A DNA stretch of 56,942 nucleotides. It comes from Cyclobacteriaceae bacterium HetDA_MAG_MS6 (lineage in GTDB: Bacteria > Bacteroidota > Bacteroidia > Cytophagales > Cyclobacteriaceae). The translations under genes were made by a program, and so were the position numbers. Where the stretch lies: positions 1-56,942 of the forward strand of contig JAHCMJ010000001.1 in assembly GCA_019192485.1 (NCBI GenBank), written 5' to 3'. The first letter of the stretch is position 1. Each line of letters begins with the position of its first letter. The notes beneath the pieces were generated by a model that was not told the DNA's origin, searched no databases, and was given only the letters and a program-made list of their open reading frames with translations. Shown here piece after piece: positions 39,458-48,441 of the stretch.

Positions 39458-42400
39458 ATGAGCGAAGAAATACTCCGAGCAATCATCCAACTGCTAGCTA
39501 TAGTTGCAAAGGAGGATGATGTAACCCTTGATGAAAAGGCCTCCATAGAAAATTTTCTATTAGAGAGTCTTACCAAAGAAGACACCAAGAAATATCTGAC
39601 ACTCTTCGAAGAATGGGCTTCCACCTCCACAGAAGATCCAGAACTTGAACTCAAGAGGATCAATAGCATCTGTGCTCAGATCAATGCCAATCAAACTTCT
39701 CAGCAGAAAATAGTTGTGATACTCAATTTGCTAGAACTCATTGCGGCAGATGGTCAGATATCGCAAAGAGAAAGTGAGTTGGTCTATCATATGTCAGAAC
39801 AACTGCATGTTCCTAAAAAACTAACAGACCTCATCAAGGCCTTCGTGATCTTTCAAGAGCGAAACAAGATTGCCTCTAGCAACATCCTGATCATTGATGA
39901 TGGCAGCTTTGATCTTCCTGATCGATGCAAGCGAATTTCTCTGAATGATATGAACGGGTTTGTCTTCATCTTGAGGGTCCCGGAGTTGGAGGTGTATTTC
40001 GCTAAGTATGTGGGTGAAGATGACGTACTCATCAACGGTACTCCTATGCGTACCAATAGAATCTATGTATTCTCTTTAGGTTCTGTCATCAAGGTCCACA
40101 GCAATGACCCTGTCTTTCACAGCGATGTGATCAGTAAGTTCAGACAAGAGTCGGATACGGCACCTATTAGTTTCGTTGGTCGCGACATCACCTACAAATT
40201 CAAAAACGGTAAAATAGGTCTACGCAATGTCAACATTGCTGAAGAAGGTGGCAAACTAATCGCTTTGATGGGTGCCAGCGGAGCAGGTAAATCTACCCTA
40301 CTCAATGTCCTCAATGGTAACGAAACACCCGCAGAAGGTAGTGTCAGAGTCAATGGCGTAGATATACACGTCAATAAAAAGCTCATCGAAGGCGTCATTG
40401 GCTACATTCCCCAGGACGATCTATTGGTAGAGGAATTGACGGTCTATGAAAATTTATTTTTTGCTGCCAAGCTATGCTTTAAAGATAAGGCGGACAAAGA
40501 CCTGGAGGCCCTTTGCAACCAAACTTTGGAAGCTCTAGGGCTTTATGAAATCAAAAACCTTAGAGTTGGTTCGTCTCTGGAAAAGTCGATAAGCGGCGGA
40601 CAACGGAAACGTCTGAATATCGGTTTGGAGTTACTTCGAGAGCCATCTGTCTTGTTTGTTGATGAGCCAACGAGTGGTCTCTCCTCTAGGGATTCAGAAA
40701 ACATCATGGACTTGCTCAAAGAGCTTTCTCTTAAGGGAAAAATGATTTTCGTGGTGATCCACCAGCCTTCGGAAGATATCTTCAAGATGTTTGATAAACT
40801 CATTTTGCTCGATGTGGGAGGTTATCAAATCTACTACGGCAATCCTATTGAGTCTATCAGCTACTTCAAGGAGATCGTTCATATGGTTGATCGACGGCGA
40901 AATGCTAACCCCGAGCAGGTCTTTAACATTATAGAAGCTAAGGTAGTCAACGAGTTTGGCAACTTTACGAAAAAGCGAAAAACCTCCCCCTATCAATGGT
41001 TCCAGGAGTTCCGAAAGCGTATTCAAACTCCAAAGGTCGAGGAGGTTACAGACGTTCCGAAAAAGACCCTGAATATTCCTGGCAGGGTTAGACAATTTTT
41101 CATTTTCGCAACAAGAGACCTAAAATCGAAACTGGCCAATAAACAATACCTCATCGTCAATACATTGGAGGCCCCGCTATTGGCAATCATATTGGCATTG
41201 ATTATTAAGTATATACCAGAGGATTCTGAAGTCTACTTTCTGAAGGACAATCTCAACCTGCCTACCTATCTGTTCATGAGTGTTATTGTAGCATTATTCA
41301 TGGGATTGACGGTCAGCGCTGAGGAAATCATTAAAGATAGAAAACTCCTGAAACGGGAAGCTTTTTTGAACCTAAGCCGATTCAGTTATCTGGCCTCGAA
41401 AGTGGGCATTCTCTTTTCTATTTCAGCCCTACAAACATTCACTTTTGTAGTCATAGGCAATTTCATCCTGGAGATCCAGGGCATGACTACCTCCTTTTGG
41501 GTTACCTTGTTTTCTGTTTCCTGTTTTGCCAATGCTCTTGGACTCAATATTTCTTCGGCTTTCAAATCGGCTATCACTGTTTATATACTAATTCCTCTCC
41601 TAATTATCCCACAGCTCATTCTCAGCGGCATAGTGGTCAATTTCGACAAACTCAACCCCGCTATCAGCGATAAAGAAAGAGTGCCTGTCATTGGCGAAAT
41701 CATGGCTTCTCGCTGGGCATATGAGGCTATGGCCGTCGCACAATTTAAAGACAATGCTTATGAAGCTTTGTTTTATCCCTCCAACAAAATAATGGCGCAG
41801 TCCGAGTTTAAGACAATCTATTTTATTCCAAAGTTAGAGTCGGACCTGGAATACATACATCATCATATCGATGGCGTAACGGAAGAGGAACATCATCAGA
41901 TCGATTACCGACTAACGACGATCCGCAATGAAATCGAAAAAGAGTTGAGTAAAATAGGTAGAGAAAATTTTCAACATATAGACGACCTCTCTCGAGGAAA
42001 ATTTACGGATGAGACTTTTGAAGAATCAATGGCATTCTTGAAAAAACTAAAAGCTTACTACAATCTGAAATTCAAGAAAGAAGACGCGAAAAAGAGAGCG
42101 CTCATCAAAAATATGACGGAGGCACCAAACGGATCCAAGTCATTCAAAGATTTCCGATATGCTCATGAAAATGACGCGATCAGTCTCCTAGTGAAAAACA
42201 CAAGCACCGAGCACCGGATACTCGAAAATAACAACACGCTCATCCAAAAATTGTACCCCATCTATATGGACCCTGAGTTTCCAACACACTCTCTTGATTT
42301 TCGCACACAGTTTTATCTGCCGACTAAGCATTTTCTGGGGACTCGTATTGATACATTAGTTTTTAATAACCTGATCATTTGGACTATGACGGTCTTTCTC

Positions 42401-42460
42401 TTGATTGCGTTGTATTTTCGATGGCTCAAAAAAGTTATCTCCGGTTTCCCTAGGCGATAG
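39458..42460 (+). CDS. Fused ABC transporter: TerB-like N-domain, beta-rich (FHA-like?) linker, ABC ATPase, ABC-2/ABCG-type permease
   Basis: 1000 aa. Walker A GASGAGKST, signature SGGQRKR, Walker B LFVDEPTSGL, H-loop IHQP. The C-terminal 400 aa or so carry about 6 TM helices interrupted by a soluble insert. The N-terminal 130 aa or so form helix pairs with an acidic motif (IVAKEDDVTLDEKASI..., LIAADGQISQRESELV) resembling TerB/DjlA-N. Confidence 0.88.
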   Translation: MSEEILRAIIQLLAIVAKEDDVTLDEKASIENFLLESLTKEDTKKYLTLFEEWASTSTEDPELELKRINSICAQINANQTSQQKIVVILNLLELIAADGQISQRESELVYHMSEQLHVPKKLTDLIKAFVIFQERNKIASSNILIIDDGSFDLPDRCKRISLNDMNGFVFILRVPELEVYFAKYVGEDDVLINGTPMRTNRIYVFSLGSVIKVHSNDPVFHSDVISKFRQESDTAPISFVGRDITYKFKNGKIGLRNVNIAEEGGKLIALMGASGAGKSTLLNVLNGNETPAEGSVRVNGVDIHVNKKLIEGVIGYIPQDDLLVEELTVYENLFFAAKLCFKDKADKDLEALCNQTLEALGLYEIKNLRVGSSLEKSISGGQRKRLNIGLELLREPSVLFVDEPTSGLSSRDSENIMDLLKELSLKGKMIFVVIHQPSEDIFKMFDKLILLDVGGYQIYYGNPIESISYFKEIVHMVDRRRNANPEQVFNIIEAKVVNEFGNFTKKRKTSPYQWFQEFRKRIQTPKVEEVTDVPKKTLNIPGRVRQFFIFATRDLKSKLANKQYLIVNTLEAPLLAIILALIIKYIPEDSEVYFLKDNLNLPTYLFMSVIVALFMGLTVSAEEIIKDRKLLKREAFLNLSRFSYLASKVGILFSISALQTFTFVVIGNFILEIQGMTTSFWVTLFSVSCFANALGLNISSAFKSAITVYILIPLLIIPQLILSGIVVNFDKLNPAISDKERVPVIGEIMASRWAYEAMAVAQFKDNAYEALFYPSNKIMAQSEFKTIYFIPKLESDLEYIHHHIDGVTEEEHHQIDYRLTTIRNEIEKELSKIGRENFQHIDDLSRGKFTDETFEESMAFLKKLKAYYNLKFKKEDAKKRALIKNMTEAPNGSKSFKDFRYAHENDAISLLVKNTSTEHRILENNNTLIQKLYPIYMDPEFPTHSLDFRTQFYLPTKHFLGTRIDTLVFNNLIIWTMTVFLLIALYFRWLKKVISGFPRR

Positions 42461-43206
42461 TGTTTTTCTTTCTCTCTAAGGTACTATACTTTCTAGCCAG
42501 TCCATTTAGCTGGATTGGGTTATGTCTCATTGGTCTCTTCTTATACAGAAAACACACAAAGGCAAGAAAGTATTTCAGCGTCGCTGCTGTTGTCCTCTAT
42601 CTATTTTTTTCTAACCCATTCATCGCCAATCTTGCCATGAGGTCCTGGGAGACGTATCCAACGAAGATAGCATCTCAATACAGGTTTGGCGTGGTCCTTA
42701 CAGGTATGGTGAATCAGCAGGTCAAGGTGAAAGGGCAATTCCATTTCAATGAAAGTGTGGATAGAATCACAGAAGCTTGCCGATTGTTTCAGAATGGCGT
42801 TATTCAGACCATAATAATAACTGGTGGTTCGGGAACACTAGGTGAAAATGAGCTCAGAGAAAGTCCTGTTCTCAAGACATTCCTCTCACAAATGGGTATT
42901 CCCGATAGCGCAATTATTATCGAAAATCAGTCCAGGAATACTTATGAAAACGCTAAACTCACTAAACCAATTGTCGGTAATGAACGGATATTAATGATCA
43001 CATCTGCCTTTCACCAGCGCAGGGCTTCGGCTTGTTTTCTAAAGCAGCAAATCCAATTTGACCCCTACCCCGTAGATTTCAGATCTGAGCGAGTCAGGCT
43101 CACATGGGACCAATTAACACCAAGTGTTATGGCGATCAAGGGCTGGGACATCATATTTAAGGAAATGCTGGGATACGTCGCATACTGGATCGTTGACTAC
43201 CTATAA
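42460..43206 (+). CDS. YdcF family (DUF218, ElyC/SanA-like) protein
   Basis: 248 aa. The GTG start shares 1 nt with the ABC gene's TAG stop. N-terminal TM helices, then DUF218 landmarks (IIITGGSG, SRNTYENA, LMITSAFHQRRA). Confidence 0.8.
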   Translation: MFFFLSKVLYFLASPFSWIGLCLIGLFLYRKHTKARKYFSVAAVVLYLFFSNPFIANLAMRSWETYPTKIASQYRFGVVLTGMVNQQVKVKGQFHFNESVDRITEACRLFQNGVIQTIIITGGSGTLGENELRESPVLKTFLSQMGIPDSAIIIENQSRNTYENAKLTKPIVGNERILMITSAFHQRRASACFLKQQIQFDPYPVDFRSERVRLTWDQLTPSVMAIKGWDIIFKEMLGYVAYWIVDYL

Positions 43207-43209
43207 ACT

Positions 43210-43237
43210 AAAAAGAGCCGGTCGGTCAGACCAGCTC
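43210..43237 (-). terminator. Rho-independent terminator for the Lys-rich protein gene (possibly bidirectional)
   Basis: On the minus strand: GAGCTGGTC-tgacc-GACCGGCTC (8 of 9 pairs) followed by TTTTT (43214-43210). It lies between the convergent genes ending at 43206 and 43267. Confidence 0.55.
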
Positions 43238-43266
43238 CTAACAACATATTTCTTTTGAAGAAGATC

Positions 43267-43629
43267 CTATTCTTTGGTCTCTTTCTTGGCTTTAGTCTCT
43301 TTCTTAGGAGCTGCCTTTTTTGCAGGCGCTTTTTTCTTAGCAGCAGGTTTTTCCGAAGTTTCAGCTTTCGGCTTCTTAGCCGGAGTAGCCTCAACTACTT
43401 CTTCTTTCTTGGCTTTAGGGGCTTCCGCCTTAGGAGCTGCTTCTTTCTTGGGCTCCTCCTTTTTCTCAACTTTCTTAGACTTGGCAGCTGACTCGAATTC
43501 CGCTTTTATAGCCTCAATATCAACATTCTTGATTACTGGCTTGGTAGAAAGGCGCTTAATTGTATTTACTCTCTTCTTCGCTACGGTCTTGTTTTTTCTT
43601 CCTTTTCTTTCTAATCTAGTTACTGCCAT
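43267..43629 (-). CDS. Lys/Ala-rich basic protein (histone H1-like tail)
   Basis: 120 aa. A non-repetitive N-terminus (MAVTRLERKGRKNKTVAKKRVNTIKRLSTKPVIKNVDIEAIKAEF) is followed by about 70 aa of K/A/E/P low complexity. An ATG start and a downstream terminator support this strand over the antisense ORFs. Confidence 0.7.
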   Translation of the reverse strand: MAVTRLERKGRKNKTVAKKRVNTIKRLSTKPVIKNVDIEAIKAEFESAAKSKKVEKKEEPKKEAAPKAEAPKAKKEEVVEATPAKKPKAETSEKPAAKKKAPAKKAAPKKETKAKKETKE

Positions 43630-43708
43630 TTTCTTCTGAGATCGATTAATCAGGGCGCAAATTTATGGGATTATGTAGTTTTGTCCAAGAAATTCCAAAG
43701 GTCTTCAA

Positions 43709-45055
43709 GTGCAAAAACCATCTATTCCCAAAGGAACCCGTGATTTCGGCCCAGAAGTGGCATTAAAGCGGAGTTTTATAATCTCTAAAATCAAAAAAAA
43801 CTTTGAAAAATATGGCTTTCTGCCTATTGAAACGCCCTCTATAGAAAACTTATCGGTTCTGATGGGGAAATACGGAGATGAGGGTGACCAACTGCTATTC
43901 AAAATCCTGAATTCCGGAGATTTCCTAAAAAAAACAACAGAGACTGATTATACCAGCAGCAGGAACCTACTTCCCAAAATCTCTGAAAAAGGATTGAGAT
44001 ATGATCTAACAGTTCCCTTTGCCAGGTTCGTGGCAATGAACCAGCACAACATTACTTTTCCTTTTAAACGATACCAAATCCAACCTGTCTGGCGTGCAGA
44101 CCGCCCTCAGAGAGGACGCTACCGGGAGTTTTATCAATGTGATGCAGACATTGTCGGGACAAACTCTAATTGGAATGAGGTTGAGCTAACGCTTCTCATT
44201 CATGATGTTTTCAATGACCTTGGATTAGAAGGTTTCATCTTGAAGATCAACCATCGTGAGGTGCTATTCTCCGTCGCAAAATATCTGGGCCTGGCGGGGA
44301 AAGAAGTATCATTTTGTATGATAATTGACAAAATCGATAAGATCGGAGCGGAAAAAGTGACTGAAGAGATTCTTCTGATCGGAGGAAATAAAGCCAAGGT
44401 TCAGGCATTTATTTCGCTTCTCGATGAGGATACCGATAGTCAACAAAAACTGTTACAACTTGAAGGCATTATCGGTGAAAATAAGGGCGTTTCAGAGCTA
44501 AAGCTCTATTTCGAAACATTATCTAGATTTCCAGACCGAAATCTGCAAGTAGAATTGGATTGGAGTCTTGCAAGAGGGCTGACTTACTACACTGGAATGA
44601 TTTACGAAGTCAAGCCTACCTCAGTACAAATGGGAAGCATCACCGGCGGAGGTAGATATGATAATTTAACAGGCATGTTTGGTCTACCCGGTGTCTCAGG
44701 AATCGGCATATCCTTTGGATTAGATAGGATTTACGACGTTCTGGAGGAACTCAAGCTCTTTCCTGAGATGGAACACTTCAATACGCAAATCCTCATTGTT
44801 CATTTTGATCAGGCTACTTTTGACCATGGTAGTATTCTTTTAGATCAATTGAGAGCAGCATCTATTCGCGCGGAAATCTATCCAGACCAAGCCAAACTTA
44901 AGAAACAACTCAACTATGCCGACAAATTACGTATACCATTCGTTCTGCTCATAGGGGACGAAGAGTTAAGTACCGGAGAATACGCTTTGAAAGACATGAA
45001 ATCAGGAGGTCAGGAACGGCACACTTTCGATGGAATCTTACGAAAATTCAAATAG
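43709..45055 (+). CDS. hisS: Histidine--tRNA ligase
   Basis: 448 aa with a GTG start. Class II motifs (PKGTRDF, LRYDLTVPFAR, YQIQPVWRADRPQRGRYREFYQCDAD, GGGRYDNL) and a C-terminal anticodon-binding domain. Confidence 0.95.
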   Translation: MQKPSIPKGTRDFGPEVALKRSFIISKIKKNFEKYGFLPIETPSIENLSVLMGKYGDEGDQLLFKILNSGDFLKKTTETDYTSSRNLLPKISEKGLRYDLTVPFARFVAMNQHNITFPFKRYQIQPVWRADRPQRGRYREFYQCDADIVGTNSNWNEVELTLLIHDVFNDLGLEGFILKINHREVLFSVAKYLGLAGKEVSFCMIIDKIDKIGAEKVTEEILLIGGNKAKVQAFISLLDEDTDSQQKLLQLEGIIGENKGVSELKLYFETLSRFPDRNLQVELDWSLARGLTYYTGMIYEVKPTSVQMGSITGGGRYDNLTGMFGLPGVSGIGISFGLDRIYDVLEELKLFPEMEHFNTQILIVHFDQATFDHGSILLDQLRAASIRAEIYPDQAKLKKQLNYADKLRIPFVLLIGDEELSTGEYALKDMKSGGQERHTFDGILRKFK

Positions 45056-45100
45056 ACCTTCTAAATTGTCGTTCGTATAATACGTTCTAGGTCTATCTAT

Positions 45101-46738
45101 GTGAGGTTTGCTTTTTCCATATGGGGATTGATCAGTATGCTTTCTTTGTCAGCTCAAACCATTTCAAACGGAGGGAGGTTTTCTGCTGACTATCAGTTGG
45201 GCTGTGTCCCATTTACAGTGCATCTGACCCCGCAGGATACTTTCGGCAACATCACTCGAGTGTATACTTATGAGAATAGCCTAACTGAGAAAGCTGACAC
45301 TTTTCATACTTATACGATGCCCGGGGTTTACACCATTGTACAATCCGTAGGCGTCGATGTCAGTCCCAAAGAAGATTCCATTGTCATCGAAGTAGTCGAG
45401 TCACCGGAGCCATCGTTCCAAATATTTGCTTGCGAACCCAATGATATCTTTGTTTTTGTGGATGATCAGTATTACGACTACTTCGAGATATCATATGATG
45501 GTAATCCTACGGATACAGTTCCAAAAGGAAATGCAGGGATATCACACTCTTTTGCTAACAGTGGGACTCATTCTGTTACTGTCGAAGGTTTCTTCGACAA
45601 TGGCGCTCCAAATTGTAATACTGCTACCAGCTTTGTCTCAATAGCGCCACTCGTCAATAACGCCGTCATCAACCAGATAGACTACGAACTAATCTGCGCA
45701 GATAACCTAACGGTAACTTTAGATTTTACCGCCGCAATTGGAGTGCGCTATAGCATTAACAAAAATGAAGACAATGGTCTCTTTGAAGAAGTCTTTAGTG
45801 GAGGTCTTACCAATAGTCCTCTTGTTTTGCAAAACATAGCAATCGATACTAACAGCACGGAAGTCTGTTTCCAAATCGATGCTCTTTCACCCTGCTCCGG
45901 AGCAGTTATCTCAGGCACTCCTTTTTGTCAAAGTATTTCTACAGAAAGCTTTTCTGCTCTTTCTCAAGCCTATGCCACTTATATAACAAGTGATATCCAA
46001 ATCAATTTTACCCAAAACAGCATCGGTACTTACGAAGCTCTGCGACAAAGAGAAAATGAAGGGTTTCTAACAATCGACACTATTTTTGATGGATTTATTG
46101 ATCGGTCCGTTTCACCCTCCAGAGCTTATCAATATCAACTCAACTTTCAGGACACCTGCAATTCCATTTCAGAATCAGTTCTCATTGCTCCACCACATCT
46201 GATCGACAATGCTTTAGGGCCCAATCGATATGAGTTATTTTGGGTAGCTCCAGAAAACAACATCACTACACCTCCCCTACATCGACTTGTAGTAAGAGAC
46301 CTATCTGATACCACCAATACGCTCGTAATTTCTAACCCAGCCAGTCCACAGGAATTAGGTCTGGAGGAAAGCTATGGAAGACTACAGGAAATACGACTGG
46401 AAACAGTCTATTCAGATCTGGGAATTAACCTTTTGTCAAATCCAATTGTCAAACGCTATGAGTATAGCGTTTTTGTACCTTCCGCTTTTTCACCGGATGG
46501 AGACGACCTAAATGATGTTTTAGAAATCTTCGGGCCAATCGAAAGTGATTTTCAGATGCGAATATTCAATCGCTGGGGAAAAGAGGTCTTTAGAAGCACT
46601 TCAGCTACAAATTTCTGGGATGGAACATTTGAAGGGGAAAAAGCACCAGAAGGCGGGTATGTATATACCGTCGATTTTTCGAACCGATTCGGAGAAAAAT
46701 TCAAGCAACAAGGTAGTTTTGCACTCATAAGAAAGTAG
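45101..46738 (+). CDS. T9SS type B sorting domain (gliding-motility-associated C-terminal domain) protein
   Basis: 545 aa with a GTG start and a signal peptide. Ig/PKD-like repeats, and the C-terminal CHU_C signature VFVPSAFSPDGDDLNDVLEIFG...IFNRWGKEVF...WDG...G.YVY. Confidence 0.85.
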   Translation: MRFAFSIWGLISMLSLSAQTISNGGRFSADYQLGCVPFTVHLTPQDTFGNITRVYTYENSLTEKADTFHTYTMPGVYTIVQSVGVDVSPKEDSIVIEVVESPEPSFQIFACEPNDIFVFVDDQYYDYFEISYDGNPTDTVPKGNAGISHSFANSGTHSVTVEGFFDNGAPNCNTATSFVSIAPLVNNAVINQIDYELICADNLTVTLDFTAAIGVRYSINKNEDNGLFEEVFSGGLTNSPLVLQNIAIDTNSTEVCFQIDALSPCSGAVISGTPFCQSISTESFSALSQAYATYITSDIQINFTQNSIGTYEALRQRENEGFLTIDTIFDGFIDRSVSPSRAYQYQLNFQDTCNSISESVLIAPPHLIDNALGPNRYELFWVAPENNITTPPLHRLVVRDLSDTTNTLVISNPASPQELGLEESYGRLQEIRLETVYSDLGINLLSNPIVKRYEYSVFVPSAFSPDGDDLNDVLEIFGPIESDFQMRIFNRWGKEVFRSTSATNFWDGTFEGEKAPEGGYVYTVDFSNRFGEKFKQQGSFALIRK

Positions 46739-46745
46739 AACGCGT

Positions 46746-47078
46746 ATGTTTGATATGATGAAAATGATGGGCAAGATCAAAGAGGTGCAGGAAAAAATGA
46801 AGGAAGCCCAAGTCAGCTTATCCAATATCACAGTAGAGTCGGAATCAGGAGCGGGAATGGTCAAGGTCACTGTGAACGGCAAAAAACAATTGGTTAAGTT
46901 AGATATTGATGATAGTATCCTTACCTCTGACGACAAGCAACTAGCCACGGACCTGATCATCGCTGCAGTAAACAAAGGAGTGGAAGAAGCGGAGCAAAAA
47001 GCACAAGAACACATTAAGAAATCGACTGAGGGGCTAATGCCAAATATTCCGGGCCTTGACCTAAACAACCTGGTCTAA
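46746..47078 (+). CDS. ybaB: YbaB/EbfC family nucleoid-associated protein
   Basis: 110 aa. Family pattern: MMGKIKEVQEKMKEAQ..., GAGMVKVTVNGKKQLVKLDID, DLIIAAVNKG. Confidence 0.9.
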   Translation: MFDMMKMMGKIKEVQEKMKEAQVSLSNITVESESGAGMVKVTVNGKKQLVKLDIDDSILTSDDKQLATDLIIAAVNKGVEEAEQKAQEHIKKSTEGLMPNIPGLDLNNLV

Positions 47079-48094
47079 TGCCATCAGTCGCCGTAGTTAT
47101 TCTCAACTACAACGGAAAAGCCTACTTACAACAGTTTGTACCAAGTCTGATCGCCCACAACTCGGGTTATGAAATTATCATTGCGGACAATGCTTCGACA
47201 GATGACTCTCTAGATTTTTTAGCACAAAATCACCCTGAGATCAGAATTATACGGTTGCTAGAAAATCATGGATTTGCTGGTGGTTATAACCACGCGTTGA
47301 AACAAGTAAAATCCGATTACTATATCCTCCTCAACTCGGATGTTGAAGTCACACCAAGTTGGCTTGACCCCATGCTTGACTTCCTGGAGCGGCATCAGAA
47401 CTACGCGGCCTGCCAACCGAAGATACTGGCATATCATAACCAGGATACATTTGAATATTCCGGAGCCGCCGGAGGCTTTTTGGACGCTTTGGGATACCCC
47501 TACTGTCGAGGGAGGATATTTCAAGACCTCGAAGTCGATAAGGGACAATATGATAACACAATTGATATATTCTGGGCTTCTGGTGCCTGTATGATGATCC
47601 GGGCGCATATTTATCATCAGGCCGGTGGGTTAGACCAGGATTTTTTTGCGCACATGGAGGAAATAGACCTGTGCTGGAGAATCCATTCATCCTCTCAAAA
47701 AATTGCTTGCGTACCACAGTCCTCAGTATATCATGTCGGAGGGGGTACACTTGCTGCTGTTAGCCCTAGGAAGACTTTCCTTAATTTTAGAAATGGGCTT
47801 TCTCTTATCATTAAAAATCTCCCTGGAACTCAATTGTTATGGAAGCTACCTCTGCGACTATTATTAGATCAATTAGCAGCTTTGAAGTTCCTGTTAGACG
47901 GGAAACCTAAGCATTTCCTGGCGGTCTATCAGGCGATCTGGCATTTTGTCTTGAATAGAATGGTTGGGGATATTCGAAAAAGAGGTCAATCACCTGTAGG
48001 GGTTTCCGTAAATCTCAGACACTCAAAATCCATCGTATTGGATTACTTCTTGAAAGGACGAAAAAAGTTTAGTGACCTAGTAGTACCAAAGTGA
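47078..48094 (+). CDS. Family 2 glycosyltransferase
   Basis: 338 aa. VAVVILNYNG, DNASTDDS, NHGFAGGYN, LLNSDVEV, and EEIDLCWR (the DxD/ED region). Confidence 0.85.
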   Translation: MPSVAVVILNYNGKAYLQQFVPSLIAHNSGYEIIIADNASTDDSLDFLAQNHPEIRIIRLLENHGFAGGYNHALKQVKSDYYILLNSDVEVTPSWLDPMLDFLERHQNYAACQPKILAYHNQDTFEYSGAAGGFLDALGYPYCRGRIFQDLEVDKGQYDNTIDIFWASGACMMIRAHIYHQAGGLDQDFFAHMEEIDLCWRIHSSSQKIACVPQSSVYHVGGGTLAAVSPRKTFLNFRNGLSLIIKNLPGTQLLWKLPLRLLLDQLAALKFLLDGKPKHFLAVYQAIWHFVLNRMVGDIRKRGQSPVGVSVNLRHSKSIVLDYFLKGRKKFSDLVVPK

Positions 48095-48307
48095 ATTATA
48101 CCGACGACGAAGCAGTTTTCTGAAATTCATAATAAATGCCAGACCCAGATATAAGATAACTGGTGATCCAAAGGTCAAAAAAGAGGAGTAAATGAAGAAC
48201 AATCTGATGCTGGAGGTTGGCACGTTTAGCTTCTCTCCTAGCCTTGTACACACTCCAAACGCATATTTCTTAAAAAACTCTTGCATTTCGATAGCTGTTT
48301 GAAACAA
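48077..48307 (-). CDS. PspC domain-containing membrane protein
   Basis: 76 aa. AFGVCTRLGEKLNVPTSSIRLFFIYSSFLTFGSPVILYL matches the PspC N-terminal domain pattern. The start may instead be the internal Met at 48286. It overlaps the GT2 3' end by 18 nt, convergently. Confidence 0.7.
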   Translation of the reverse strand: MFQTAIEMQEFFKKYAFGVCTRLGEKLNVPTSSIRLFFIYSSFLTFGSPVILYLGLAFIMNFRKLLRRRYNSLWYY

Positions 48308-48441
48308 TTATAGCAAAGATAATCCTAAAGCTTCGTTTTTGTTAACGTCCAAATTTAACTAATACTTATTTTTAGCTATTATTGCGGTAGTGAAATTAAT
48401 CGTTATTTCAAGTTTTTGAAAAAACAGTAACATAGTAAAAG

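Noticed and set aside
43255-43639. Two long + strand ORFs (78 and 121 aa) rich in F/L/S/A, opposite the Lys-rich protein gene
   Set aside because: They are antisense shadows of low-complexity AAG/GCN-rich coding DNA. The minus-strand frame has an ATG start, a unique N-terminus and a terminator.
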